DNA from: Pirellulaceae bacterium
Lineage (GTDB): Bacteria; Planctomycetota; Planctomycetia; Pirellulales; Pirellulaceae
DNA length: 60,525 bases
Direction of reading: 5' to 3'
NCBI GenBank assembly: GCA_041752355.1
Contig: JBGSHH010000085.1
Span: 1 to 60,525 of the forward strand
Shown here: positions 39,014 through 48,985 of the stretch, in pieces
Position numbering within the stretch: position 1 is the first letter of the stretch
Layout of the letters: every line of letters begins with the position of its first letter
Position numbers and translations under genes: made by a program
The notes under the pieces: model-generated
Seen by the model: only the letters and a program-made list of their open reading frames with translations
Told to the model about the DNA's origin: nothing
Database searches by the model: none

Positions 39014-39491
39014 CTGTAAGCAGCAACTGCCGTAGGAAGTCGCTCGCCACGGCGTAAATGCCGGGCGAGCTGCTTTCCCGCGGACCGGCAATATTGAGGA
39101 CGCGAATCTTTACTTCCGTCAGCCAAACGATGGTCGTCGCCAGATCGCGGGCAACACTGGGATCAACGATCAAGTACGGTTTGGCGTGTTTGATTGCTAT
39201 GCGACGCGTCAATTGCGTTCCGCCAGTGAGTTCGCCTAGGGCGAGAATCAGCGTGCCATCGGCGGCCTGTACGTTCAGTTCGGTGCGGACGTGATACTCG
39301 CGCGTCTGGGTTTCGCGCAGTTCATAGCGATCGTCTAGTCTGCCATCTTCCGCCCGGCGCCCCAGCGGGCACCAGCCGCCATGCTCAATGCCGCAAGCGA
39401 TCGCGATGTCCAGCGCCGCCCGATCGACGCCGGTCTGGCCCCCGGAGATAACGCGATCAATCACCGCATAGCGTGAGCATTCCGCAGGCAT
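38979..39491 (-). CDS. SLOG-superfamily protein, 'putative molybdenum carrier' / circularly permuted YpsA family
   Basis: 170 aa with ISGGQTGVDRAALDIAI..GIEHGGWCPLGRRAEDG and a later VLNIAGPRESSSPGIY. Its 3' end overlaps the RNA ligase 3' end by 35 nt (convergent). Confidence 0.6.
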   Translation of the reverse strand: MPAECSRYAVIDRVISGGQTGVDRAALDIAIACGIEHGGWCPLGRRAEDGRLDDRYELRETQTREYHVRTELNVQAADGTLILALGELTGGTQLTRRIAIKHAKPYLIVDPSVARDLATTIVWLTEVKIRVLNIAGPRESSSPGIYAVASDFLRQLLLTVTRRTSAETVD

Positions 39492-39513
39492 TAAGGCACC
39501 TCGCCCCCACTGC

Positions 39514-41301
39514 TCACTCGGCGTCGTTCAGCTCTTCCTGCAGCACCAGCCAGCGCTCCTCGGCGTCGGCAAGTTGCGAAGTGAGCGTTGTAACTTCTTC
39601 GTGCAACCGCAGCGCTTCCTTGGGATCGGTGGCGGACATGAGTCGCGTGTTGGTCTGCTTCTTTTGGTCGTCTAGCTTGGCGATATTGCGCTCCACGTTG
39701 CTCATTTCTTTGCGGATGTCGCGCTCACTGCGGCGTTGCACTTTAGGAGCTGCCTTCGGCACATGACTGGCGGTAGGCGGCACTTTGGTCTTGGTCGCCT
39801 GCTCGCGCTCACCATCGTCGATTTCTTTATTGACCATGTACAAGTAAGCGTCGTAGTCGCCGCGATAGTTGGTGACATGGCCATCGCGGACTTCCACGAT
39901 GCAGGTCGCGACTCGCTTCATGAAGTGCCGATCGTGGCTCGTGAAGACGACGGTTCCTTTATAGTCGATCAATGCTTCCGCCAGCGCTTCGACTGTATCG
40001 ACATCTAAATGGTTACCCGGTTCGTCGAGAATCAGCACGTTGTATTGGCTGAGCAGCAACCCCGCCATGCAGAGTCTCGCCCGCTCGCCACCGGAAAGCA
40101 CCGAAATCTTCTTCTTCACTTGCTCGCCGCGAAACAGCATCGCGCCGGCAATATCGAGAATATGCTGGCTCTTGGTGCCGGGGGCAGCAGTGTATTCCAA
40201 GTAATCGAGCACGGTTTGCTTCGGCGGCAAACTCGTATAGACGTGCTGGGCATACGTGCCGATCTGGCAACCAAAGCCCCACTTCGCTTCGCCAGCGAGC
40301 GGATCAAGCGATTCGACAATCGTCCGCAGAAACGTTGTCTTACCTTGGCCGTTATCGCCCACAATCGCAGCGCGCGAGCCGTGTTCGATCTCTAAATCAA
40401 TATCAGCCGCGATGGTTCGCTCGGGATAACCGATGCTCAAACCACGACAGCGAAGCGCGGGACCCTTGCGCGGTTCGACAATCGGCGCGCGAATATTGGC
40501 GGTGGGCTCGTCCGTCTCAACATCGACATCTTCTAGCTTTTCGAGTTGCTTGCTCTTGCTGCGTGCGCGAGTGGCGGTGCTGGCGCGGGCTTTATTCTTG
40601 GCGATGAATTCTTCCAGTTGCTTGCGCTTGGTTTGCACGGCAGCGTTGGTCCGCTCGTCATGTTCGCGGCGTTCTTTCTGGAAGTCGAGGAAGCCATCGA
40701 TCTTGCCGGGGAACATTGTCAGCTTCCCTCGCGACAGATCAAGCGTCGCGCTGCAAGTGGCACCCAGGAAGGCCCGGTCGTGCGAAACGATCAAACAGGC
40801 CTCCTGAAAGTTTTTGAGAAAGTGTTCGAGTAGAATTTGCGTGCGCAGATCGAGAAAGTTTGTCGGTTCGTCGAGCAGCAGCAGGTTCGGCTCATGCAAC
40901 AGCAGTGCCGCGAGCTTCACGCGCGTTTGCCAACCGCCGGAGAGCTTGCTGAGTGGACCTTCAAGATAGGCACCTTTGAGCTCAAACTGCCCCGCGACTT
41001 CGCCACATTTCCAATCCGGCTGGCCGCTATCGCGCATCAGGAATTCCAGCGCCGTTTCACCTTGCTGAAACGGATCGTGCTGTCGAAGATAGCCAAGCCG
41101 CAGTTTGGGATGCCGCATCACCTCCCCGCGATCAAGTTCTTCCTCCCCGAGCAGCACGCGCAGCAGCGTACTCTTGCCTGCGCCATTACGACCGACAAAG
41201 CCCACCTTCACATCATCCGTGATCGTGCATTCCGCTCCATCGAGCAGCACCTGATCACCGTAACTCTTGTAGGCGTTTTTTACTTGCAGCAGCACAGCCA
41301 T
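39514..41301 (-). CDS. ABC-F family ATPase (Uup/YheS/EttA-like translation factor type)
   Basis: Start trimmed to ATG 41301 (MAVLLQVKNAYKSYG). Two ABC cassettes (GRNGAGKST / LSGGWQTRVKLA and GDNGQGKTT / LSGGERARLCMA), no TM domain, and a C-terminal coiled-coil tail. Confidence 0.85.
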   Translation of the reverse strand: MAVLLQVKNAYKSYGDQVLLDGAECTITDDVKVGFVGRNGAGKSTLLRVLLGEEELDRGEVMRHPKLRLGYLRQHDPFQQGETALEFLMRDSGQPDWKCGEVAGQFELKGAYLEGPLSKLSGGWQTRVKLAALLLHEPNLLLLDEPTNFLDLRTQILLEHFLKNFQEACLIVSHDRAFLGATCSATLDLSRGKLTMFPGKIDGFLDFQKERREHDERTNAAVQTKRKQLEEFIAKNKARASTATRARSKSKQLEKLEDVDVETDEPTANIRAPIVEPRKGPALRCRGLSIGYPERTIAADIDLEIEHGSRAAIVGDNGQGKTTFLRTIVESLDPLAGEAKWGFGCQIGTYAQHVYTSLPPKQTVLDYLEYTAAPGTKSQHILDIAGAMLFRGEQVKKKISVLSGGERARLCMAGLLLSQYNVLILDEPGNHLDVDTVEALAEALIDYKGTVVFTSHDRHFMKRVATCIVEVRDGHVTNYRGDYDAYLYMVNKEIDDGEREQATKTKVPPTASHVPKAAPKVQRRSERDIRKEMSNVERNIAKLDDQKKQTNTRLMSATDPKEALRLHEEVTTLTSQLADAEERWLVLQEELNDAE

Positions 41302-41386
41302 GGGCGAATGAATTCTCCTAGGGAGCGCGAGCATCTCGCCCGCTTTAAATAAACCAATATGCCGCGGGCGAGTCGCCCGCGCTCCA

Positions 41387-41986
41387 TCACAACTCTCCGT
41401 CCACACCGAGTTGATGGAAATAATGCGGCACACTGTTCTGATTCTTGAGCAACCAATCGATGGATGGTTCGTGATGCATCGCTTTGTGAATTGCTTTGGC
41501 GGTGGCGGCGCGATTGGTCTCGAAGAGGATATTGTGATCGATCTTATCTTCTTTTAGCACGCTGGGATCAAGCCAAACCGAAACGATAATCCCCAAGTCG
41601 TTGGCTTTGCTCTTGGGAATGTCGCCAGCGCGCACCGCATCGAGCACGCCATGCGCGATGCCCGCCTGCACGCTTCCCATCAGAATGTTCGTGTATTTAC
41701 TGCTGTTGACGGTCACTTTGCTTACCATTACGGTCGCGGGACGAACTTGCACATCACTATTGAGAATCGCAAAGACGCGCGTGTGACCTTTGACCTGGTC
41801 CCCAATCAGATTGGCGATGGCATAACCCACGGGACCATCGAGTTCGCCGATCACCACTTCTGGTTCGGCGGCGGACCAGGCGGGCTCCGCTTCGACCAAT
41901 GCTTCACCGGTGCGCATGATGATCCGACCACGTGGCACTGTTTTTTTGACAGGCTTCTTCGCCGCAGCAGGGCGTTTCTTAGCCAT
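41387..41986 (-). CDS. fae: Formaldehyde-activating enzyme (Fae) homologue with Lys-rich N-terminal extension
   Basis: The core aligns with my recollection of Methylorubrum Fae (GEALV..., GH T..FAIL, RPATVMVSKVTVN, AQ.G.A.AV.DAV). The first 23 residues MAKKRPAAAKKPVKKTVPRGRII are extra. An alternative start is ATG 41917. Confidence 0.65.
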   Translation of the reverse strand: MAKKRPAAAKKPVKKTVPRGRIIMRTGEALVEAEPAWSAAEPEVVIGELDGPVGYAIANLIGDQVKGHTRVFAILNSDVQVRPATVMVSKVTVNSSKYTNILMGSVQAGIAHGVLDAVRAGDIPKSKANDLGIIVSVWLDPSVLKEDKIDHNILFETNRAATAKAIHKAMHHEPSIDWLLKNQNSVPHYFHQLGVDGEL

Positions 41987-42020
41987 GCGATTGCTCCTTA
42001 TTATTTGCCGAAGGGAGAAG

Positions 42021-42839
42021 CTAAAACTTATGCCCGCGTTGCGGACCCTGCTTGGTCAACGTCAGGATTTCGGGGCCGGATTCCGTCATGAGAATCGTGT
42101 GTTCAAACTGCGCCGATAGTCCGCCATCCTTGGAACGGACCGTCCAACCATCCTTCTTATCCTTGACTGTGTACCGGCTGCCCGTGTTGATCATCGGCTC
42201 AATGGTAAAAGCAAGCCCTGGTTCCAGGCGTTCCTGACGTGCCTGACGGTTGGGAGCATGCGGCACCGATGGCTTTTGATGAAACTGGCGCCCCACGCCA
42301 TGGCCAACGTACTCTTCCACCACGCTAAAACCGCGCCGTTCGGCCTCGGCCACAATCACTTCGCCGATGTCCGAAACACGGCAGTTGGGGCGGATGGCTT
42401 TGATCGCCAAGTGCAGGCAATCAAACGCGCACTGCGTCACAGCTCGAGCTTCCGGCGATGTCTTTGCCAGATCACCGATGATGAAAGTTTCCGACGAATC
42501 GCCGTACCAGCCATCAACGACAGTCGTGAGATCGACATTAATGATATCCCCTTGCCGCAGCACTTGAGCGCCGGGGATGCCGTGGCAGATAACATCGTTC
42601 ACACTGGTGCAGCAGCAGTTGGGAAATGGTTTGCGGTCGACGACGTAACCGAGTTGTGCCGGACGGTGGCCGTGCGAAAGCGTGAAGTCATACACGAACC
42701 GATCGATTTCGCCCGTGGTGGTGCCAGGGATCATCATAGGACGGATTGCATCCATCAACTTGGCATTGAATCGTCCCGCCTTGCGCATGCAATTGCGTTC
42801 CAGTTCGTCCAATTTAAGTTTTCGCGTACTCTGCAGCAT
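42021..42839 (-). CDS. map: Methionine aminopeptidase, type I
   Basis: Start trimmed to ATG 42839 (MLQSTRKLK). Metal-ligand contexts DIINVDLTTVVDGWYGD, VGHGVGRQFH, FTIEPMIN and QFEHTILMT. Confidence 0.85.
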   Translation of the reverse strand: MLQSTRKLKLDELERNCMRKAGRFNAKLMDAIRPMMIPGTTTGEIDRFVYDFTLSHGHRPAQLGYVVDRKPFPNCCCTSVNDVICHGIPGAQVLRQGDIINVDLTTVVDGWYGDSSETFIIGDLAKTSPEARAVTQCAFDCLHLAIKAIRPNCRVSDIGEVIVAEAERRGFSVVEEYVGHGVGRQFHQKPSVPHAPNRQARQERLEPGLAFTIEPMINTGSRYTVKDKKDGWTVRSKDGGLSAQFEHTILMTESGPEILTLTKQGPQRGHKF

Positions 42840-43094
42840 CGACCTATCTTCCCAATCATCCCCGCGCAGGCAACCATGCCGAATGTCAAGTTTCCTAGTG
42901 TAAGAGTTGCAGCCATGTAGGGCGAGAGGCGGGAGATTTTCCGGCTCCCCAGTTTGGTAAATCGGTGCTCGCGGGTGAACCTTCCGGGCTTCCCCCCACT
43001 CCACACTTAATAGGCATAAAGCTAGAATCTGGGGTTTCCTCGCGGCCACAACTGTTGGCCAGCCAAATACTTATCACGAACTGTCGAGTCCGAA

Positions 43095-45932
43095 ATGCCC
43101 CGCTACACGCCGGCCGAAATCGAACCTAAATGGCAACGCTTTTGGGAAACCGAGCGCACTTTTCGCACCCCTGAATTGCCAACCGGCCAGAAATTGTACG
43201 TCCTCGACATGTTCCCCTATCCCAGCGGCGCTGGCTTGCACGTCGGCCATCCCGAAGGGTACACCGCCACCGATATCGTCTGCCGCTTCGAGCGGATGCG
43301 CGGCAAAACGGTGTTGCATCCGATGGGTTTTGACGCCTTCGGCTTGCCTGCGGAAGAATACGCGATCAAAACGAACACGCCGCCGCGCGTCTCGACCGAA
43401 AAGAACATCGCGATGTTCACCGAGCAATTGAAAATGCTCGGTTTTAGCTATGACTGGGAGCGTGTCCTCTCGACGACCGATGTCGCTTATTTCAAGTGGA
43501 CACAGTGGATCTTCTTGCAACTCTTCGACACCTGGTACGACGCCGACCAGCAGCGAGGGCGGCCGATCAGCGAGTTACCGATCCCAGCGGATATCAGGGC
43601 CCAAGGCGAAGTCGCGGTAAGCAACTATCGCGACGAGCAGCGACTTGCCTATCAAAGCGACGCCTTGGTGAACTGGTGCGCGGCGCTCGGGACGGTGCTC
43701 GCCAATGAGGAAGTGATCGATGGCAAGAGCGAGCGCGGCGGGCATCCCGTGACGCGCATTCCGCTTCGCCAATGGATGCTCCGCATCACAGCCTACGCCG
43801 ACCGCTTGGATCAAGATCTCGATGGTCTTGATTGGAGCGAGGGGATCAAAAAGCTCCAGCGAGACTGGATCGGCAAGAGCAGCGGCGCGGAGGTGGATTT
43901 CTTTATCGGAGACGAAGAACAATTCGCCGCTTGGAAGGCGACTCGCGCCAAGTCCGGCTATCCCCGCAAGCCAGGGGAAGACGTCTTGCGCATCTACACC
44001 ACACGGCCAGATACGCTGTACGGGGCGACGTATATGGTGATCGCGCCAGAGCATCCGTTTGTCGAGCGGTTGACGACTGCGGCACAAAAGAACGCTGTTG
44101 AAGCCTATATCGCCAAGGCGGCGAGCAAGAGTGATCGCGAACGCCAGGAAGACACCAAAGCCAAGACCGGTGTCTTCACCGGCAGCTACGCCATCAATCC
44201 GGTCAATGGCGAGCCCACGCCTGTCTGGATCGCCGACTACGTGCTGATCAGCTACGGAACTGGCGCCATCATGGCAGTTCCAGCGCATGACGAACGAGAC
44301 TTCGCTTTCGCACAACAATACAATATTCCAATCAAGGCAGTGGTCGATCCTGTTGATGCCAAGGATGTTGACCGCGACGCCGTCCTGGCTGGCACTTCGT
44401 GTTTCGCCGAGTATGGCAAGGCAATTAACTCGGGCAGCTACAATGGCTTGAAAACGGCCGATTTTAAAGCCCAGATCACTGCCGATCTCCAGGCCGCTGG
44501 TGTGGGCCGCAAAGCGGTGAACTACAAATTGCGCGATTGGCTCTTCAGCCGCCAGCGCTTTTGGGGCGAACCGTTTCCGATCTTGCACGAACTCGATGCC
44601 GCCGGCAAACCAAACGGCGTCCTGCGCGCAGTCGACGCCAAAGACTTGCCAGTTGATCTACCGCACTTGGATGATTACAAACCGATCGGCAAGCCCGAAC
44701 CGCCGTTGGGCAAAGCTCCTGAGTCGTGGTTGTATCCGACGATCGACGGCAAAAAATATCGCCGCGAAACGAATACGATGCCGCAGTGGGCCGGTTCGTG
44801 TTGGTACTACCTGCGCTTCATCGATCCTAAGAACGACCAGGTCTTTGTCGACCGCGAAAAAGAAAAGGCGTGGATGCCGGTCGATCTCTATGTCGGTGGT
44901 GCCGAGCATGCGGTGTTGCACTTGCTGTACGCGCGCTTCTGGCACAAGGTGCTGTTCGATCGCGGACACGTCAGCCACAAAGAACCGTTTCAGAAATTGG
45001 TGAACCAAGGCATGATCTTGGGCGAGATCGAGTTCACCGGCTATCAAACCGAAGAAGGAACGTGGATCACATCGCAACAGGTCGATGAGGACGACAGTGG
45101 CGCGCCGATCGTCAAAGGCCAAGGGGGCACGCTGCGTGTTGTTAAGTTGCCCGCCGACGACGTCGAGAAGCAAGGCGATAGCTTTGTGCTCAAAACCGAT
45201 AAGAAGATTCGCGTCGATAGTCGCGCACATAAGATGTCGAAAGCGCGTGGCAATGTGGTCAATCCCAACGATATCGTCGCGCAGTTCGGCGCCGACTCGC
45301 TCCGCTTGTACGAAATGTTCATGGGACCACTGGAAGAGGTGAAGCCGTGGAGTACCCAAAGCATCAGCGGCGTGCGAGGCTTCCTCGATCGCGCCTGGCG
45401 GTTGATTGTCGATGACCGGGAGGAAAAGAACATACTTAATGCTTCGGTCCAGGCAGTCGAGCCGTCCGCCGACCAAAATCGCATGTTGCATCGCACGATT
45501 GAGGGTGTGACGCGCGACTTTGAGCGGATGGGATTCAATACGTCCATCGCTAAACTCATGGAGTTCGTCAACTTCTTTACCAAGGAATCGGTGCGTCCCA
45601 AGTCGGTGATGGAGCGCTTTATATTGCTCTTGGCACCTCTGGCTCCGCATATCGCGGAAGAACTGTGGAGCGTACTAGGACATGAAAAGACCTTGGCCTA
45701 CGAACCATGGCCCACCCACGACGAGCAGTGGCTGAAGTCCGACACCATCGAGATTCCGGTGCAAATTAACGGCAAGCTTCGCGCCACGATCAGCATCGCC
45801 GCCGATTGCACGCCCGCCGACGCCATCACCGCCGCCAAAGCGGATGGGAAGATTGCCGACTTGATCGCAGGAAAGACGATTGTGAAAGAAGTCAGCGTGC
45901 CAGGACGACTGGTGAACTTGGTGATTAAATAA
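43095..45932 (+). CDS. leuS: Leucine--tRNA ligase
   Basis: 945 aa with HIGH motif (LHVGHPEGY), KMSKS motif (HKMSKARGN) and a CP1 editing-domain insert. Full length. Confidence 0.95.
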   Translation: MPRYTPAEIEPKWQRFWETERTFRTPELPTGQKLYVLDMFPYPSGAGLHVGHPEGYTATDIVCRFERMRGKTVLHPMGFDAFGLPAEEYAIKTNTPPRVSTEKNIAMFTEQLKMLGFSYDWERVLSTTDVAYFKWTQWIFLQLFDTWYDADQQRGRPISELPIPADIRAQGEVAVSNYRDEQRLAYQSDALVNWCAALGTVLANEEVIDGKSERGGHPVTRIPLRQWMLRITAYADRLDQDLDGLDWSEGIKKLQRDWIGKSSGAEVDFFIGDEEQFAAWKATRAKSGYPRKPGEDVLRIYTTRPDTLYGATYMVIAPEHPFVERLTTAAQKNAVEAYIAKAASKSDRERQEDTKAKTGVFTGSYAINPVNGEPTPVWIADYVLISYGTGAIMAVPAHDERDFAFAQQYNIPIKAVVDPVDAKDVDRDAVLAGTSCFAEYGKAINSGSYNGLKTADFKAQITADLQAAGVGRKAVNYKLRDWLFSRQRFWGEPFPILHELDAAGKPNGVLRAVDAKDLPVDLPHLDDYKPIGKPEPPLGKAPESWLYPTIDGKKYRRETNTMPQWAGSCWYYLRFIDPKNDQVFVDREKEKAWMPVDLYVGGAEHAVLHLLYARFWHKVLFDRGHVSHKEPFQKLVNQGMILGEIEFTGYQTEEGTWITSQQVDEDDSGAPIVKGQGGTLRVVKLPADDVEKQGDSFVLKTDKKIRVDSRAHKMSKARGNVVNPNDIVAQFGADSLRLYEMFMGPLEEVKPWSTQSISGVRGFLDRAWRLIVDDREEKNILNASVQAVEPSADQNRMLHRTIEGVTRDFERMGFNTSIAKLMEFVNFFTKESVRPKSVMERFILLLAPLAPHIAEELWSVLGHEKTLAYEPWPTHDEQWLKSDTIEIPVQINGKLRATISIAADCTPADAITAAKADGKIADLIAGKTIVKEVSVPGRLVNLVIK

Positions 45933-46001
45933 TTGAGTAGGCGTACCCTAGCTTGCGTTGCGTAGGCCGCTACTCACATAGCGTCCAATACTTTCAAACT
46001 G

Positions 46002-46511
46002 ATGAATCGCTTTTACTCCTACGTCGGTCCACCTGAGATTGCGAGAGCCGTAAATGAGAACTCCCTGCGCGTCCGAATTGATTCGGCCGCTGATGTCCAA
46101 CGTTGGACAGATGGGAATTCTGCCAACCCGGTAACGACGACATTTATTGTCGATGCCAACGGGACGTTGTGGATCGCTGATCGACGTAGCGAACACGTGG
46201 CTTGTGCGCGCGGCGGTTTGGTGCAGTCCGCAGGCGAATTAACATTCGATGTTCGCATAAGCGGTGTGAATGTTGTGTACGCGTCAAACCAATCCACAGG
46301 TTATTGCCCCGAGCCTGAATCCTGGAATTCCGTGACTGCGGCACTGGATGCTGCTGGCATTGGCCACTTCGATGACTTCGACATGCGTTGTGAATTCCGT
46401 CGCTGCCAATGCGGTCAGATCAACATTGTAAAGGACGCAATTTACGAATGCGCTATTTGCGGCTCGGAGCTTCCTCGAGAATGGAATCTGAGATTGACTT
46501 GTCGCGAATAG
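46002..46511 (+). CDS. Hypothetical protein with C-terminal Cys4 zinc-ribbon-like motif
   Basis: 169 aa. SEHVACARGG...SNQSTGYCPEPESW core and C-terminal RRCQCG...YECAICG pairs. No function recognised. Confidence 0.5.
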   Translation: MNRFYSYVGPPEIARAVNENSLRVRIDSAADVQRWTDGNSANPVTTTFIVDANGTLWIADRRSEHVACARGGLVQSAGELTFDVRISGVNVVYASNQSTGYCPEPESWNSVTAALDAAGIGHFDDFDMRCEFRRCQCGQINIVKDAIYECAICGSELPREWNLRLTCRE

Positions 46512-46545
46512 CTACTGCGCAAGATTTGAATTGAGCATTTCCAGG

Positions 46546-46580
46546 CATCACGTCCAACGTGCTGAGTACTTTATGACCAC
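46546..46580. repeat. Dispersed diverged copy of the 35.1-kb hairpin repeat, overlapping the start codon of the methyltransferase gene
   Basis: CATCACGTccaACGTGcTGAGTACTTTAtGAcCAC is about 27 of 33 positions identical to unit 1 at 35146. The hairpin is retained, with the closing C:G replaced by T:A. The ATG at 46573 lies inside the conserved tail. Confidence 0.6.
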
Positions 46581-47310
46581 CTATCGTTGGAGCAAAGCCG
46601 AGTTCGCTGCGGGTTATGATGCGGCGGCGGAGTTCATTCATCCGCTCTATACCGAGTTGCAAGATCAAATCATAACGTTGCTGCCGTTCGCGGAAGATCA
46701 AGCGTTTCTGCTGGTCGATGCCGGGGGTGGTTCGGGGCGATTGGCGGCGAAGGTGCTCGATCGCTATCCGCATGCTCACGCGGTGGTGATGGACCAATCG
46801 GAGCCATTTCTCGAACTGGCGACGCAAAACCTGGCCGCCTTCGGCGATCGTGGGCGCACACTCCTCGCCCGGTTGCAGGATGACTGGTTCGCGCAATTGC
46901 CGCAGCCGCCGAACGCGATCGTAAGCATGTCGGCGATCCATCATTTGTCGCCCCTGGAGAAGCAAACGTTGTATCAACGCCTGCACGACGCTTTGGCTCC
47001 GGAAGGCGTGTTGCTCAATGGCGACGAGATTCGCCCCGCTAACGACGCTGCCTATCTGTTGGAATTGGAGCGTTGGTCTGATCACATGCGTGGCATGCAA
47101 GATTCCAGTCAGATTCCCGCACAAATGGCGGAAATCCTCGACCTTTGGCGAGAGAAAAATATCTCTCTCTTCGGCCAGCCGAAAAAATCCGGCGACGACT
47201 GCCACGAAACCGTCATGGTTCAACTCGAATATCTCCGCGCGGCTGGATTCGCGGAAGTGGATGCCCCCTGGCAACAACGGATGTGGGCGATCTTGCGCGG
47301 TCGAAAATAG
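46573..47310 (+). CDS. Class I SAM-dependent methyltransferase
   Basis: Start trimmed to ATG 46573 (MTTYRWSKAEF). SAM motif I LLVDAGGGSGRLA, post-I acidic VVMDQS, motif II/III AIVSMSAIHHL. Confidence 0.7.
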   Translation: MTTYRWSKAEFAAGYDAAAEFIHPLYTELQDQIITLLPFAEDQAFLLVDAGGGSGRLAAKVLDRYPHAHAVVMDQSEPFLELATQNLAAFGDRGRTLLARLQDDWFAQLPQPPNAIVSMSAIHHLSPLEKQTLYQRLHDALAPEGVLLNGDEIRPANDAAYLLELERWSDHMRGMQDSSQIPAQMAEILDLWREKNISLFGQPKKSGDDCHETVMVQLEYLRAAGFAEVDAPWQQRMWAILRGRK

Positions 47311-47435
47311 CCGAATGATCGTTGGCGATCACTTAACCGACAACCTCAAATAACTTCTCCACCGGTGTATTCACTGGGGACGGAATCGTTGTTATCCTAG
47401 GGGCAGCTTATCGGTTCCGCTCTCCAGGAATTCCC

Positions 47436-48731
47436 ATGCGTAACATCATTTCGCTCGTGCTTGGCGGTGGTCGCGGCACTCGGTTGTACCCCCTCACCAA
47501 GTATCGTGCCAAGCCTGCGGTGCCGCTGGCGGCGAAGTATCGTTTGATCGATATTCCCCTCTCCAACTGCTTAAACGCTGGTCTCAATCGGGTCTATGTC
47601 CTGACGCAGTTTTTGTCGGTTAGTTTGCATCGCCACATTCGCCAGTCGTATCGCTTCGACCAATTCAATGGCGGCTTCGTCGAACTGCTCGCCGCGCAGC
47701 AAACGATGGAGGAAGGGGCGACCGATTGGTATCAAGGGACGGCCGACGCGGTACGGAAGAACCTGCGCTACATTCAACAGCCCGGCATTGAGTACGTCAT
47801 CATTCTCTCTGGCGATCAACTCTATCGCATGAATTATCTCGATATGCTCAAAACGCATATCGACAAGAAGGCCGATGTCACCATTGCCGCCATGCCGGTT
47901 TCGCGCGAGATGGCCAAGGCCTGCGGCGTGATGCGAGCGGATGCCGATGGGCGCGTCGAAGGCTTTCTGGAAAAGCCGCAGACAAAACCGGAAGCCGACA
48001 TGATGAAGATGGACCCTGCCTGGATCGACGCCCGTGGCATCGAGAGCAAGGGGCGCGATTTGATCGCCAGCATGGGCATCTACATCTTCAATCGCGAGAC
48101 GCTGGTCGACGCGCTGGAAAAGACCGCCTATCACGATTTCGGCAAAGAGATTTTCCCCGCTTCCGTACGCAGCAAGAACGTGCAGGTGCATCTGTTTGAT
48201 GGTTACTGGGAGGACATCGGCACAATCAAAGCATTCTATGAATGCAATCTCTCGCTTGTGGGTCATAGTCCGCCGTTTGACTTTTCCGATCCCGATGCGC
48301 CCGTTTACACTCGCGCGCGGTTCCTACCTTCGACCAAAATCGAAGGTGCGACTGTCAACAACAGCCTCATCGCCGAAGGCTGTAAAATCGGCCAAGGGGC
48401 AGTGATCGAGAATAGCCTGATCGGCGCGCGGTGCATCATTGGCCCCGGCGTGACAGTGCGCAATTCCTATATCATGGGCAACGACTACTTCGAGCGCGAG
48501 GCCGATCTCAAACGGAATAAGGCGAATGGCATTCCTCCCATCGGCGTTGGTGCCGGCAGCATGATTAAGGGAGCCATCATCGACAAGAACGCACGCATCG
48601 GCCGCAACGCCTGGATCGTGAACGAGCGTGGTACCATCGATGGCGAAGACAACGACATCTGCGTCATTCGCGATGGCATTCCGGTCGTGGTCAAAGACGC
48701 CATCGTGCCGGACACGTGGAAGCTGGGGTGA
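47436..48731 (+). CDS. glgC: Glucose-1-phosphate adenylyltransferase
   Basis: 431 aa. N-terminal LGGGRGTRLYPLTKYRAKPAVPL, FLEKP, and C-terminal left-handed beta-helix repeats. Confidence 0.9.
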   Translation: MRNIISLVLGGGRGTRLYPLTKYRAKPAVPLAAKYRLIDIPLSNCLNAGLNRVYVLTQFLSVSLHRHIRQSYRFDQFNGGFVELLAAQQTMEEGATDWYQGTADAVRKNLRYIQQPGIEYVIILSGDQLYRMNYLDMLKTHIDKKADVTIAAMPVSREMAKACGVMRADADGRVEGFLEKPQTKPEADMMKMDPAWIDARGIESKGRDLIASMGIYIFNRETLVDALEKTAYHDFGKEIFPASVRSKNVQVHLFDGYWEDIGTIKAFYECNLSLVGHSPPFDFSDPDAPVYTRARFLPSTKIEGATVNNSLIAEGCKIGQGAVIENSLIGARCIIGPGVTVRNSYIMGNDYFEREADLKRNKANGIPPIGVGAGSMIKGAIIDKNARIGRNAWIVNERGTIDGEDNDICVIRDGIPVVVKDAIVPDTWKLG

Positions 48732-48985
48732 GTTGATTAGGGGTAACAAATACGCATTCGCTCGACAGCGCTAATGTTACCTGCCCTCAATCACCGGTAC
48801 TTCCGAGGCGCGAGAAATGTTCGGCGGGCTACCAGGCGGATCCAGTGGAGGCGAGCCGGCATCCTTCGGCGGTTGTCTGTTTGTGATCGTGGTTACTGGC
48901 TTGGTCTTTGGTGGGTTTACGTGGCTGCTGTTCGTTGCCTGTCCTTAGCAGCCACGTTCATCCATGTCCAAGGGGCCAACAGCGA

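Noticed and set aside
43575-45650. Two long minus-strand ORFs (337 and 330 aa) inside leuS
   Set aside because: They are antisense to a full-length leucyl-tRNA synthetase carrying the HIGH and KMSKS motifs. Their translations are Arg/Ala/Gly-rich low-information sequence, typical of GC-rich antisense frames.
45934-45976. Hairpin after leuS (TGAGTAG...CTACTCA)
   Set aside because: Only a 7-bp outer stem with a poorly paired 29-nt interior and no U-tract. Too weak to call a terminator.
46453-47277. 274-aa minus-strand ORF
   Set aside because: The opposite strand encodes a methyltransferase with a clean SAM motif I (LLVDAGGGSGRL). The minus-strand product has no motif.
47571-48266. 231-aa minus-strand ORF
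   Set aside because: Antisense to glgC.
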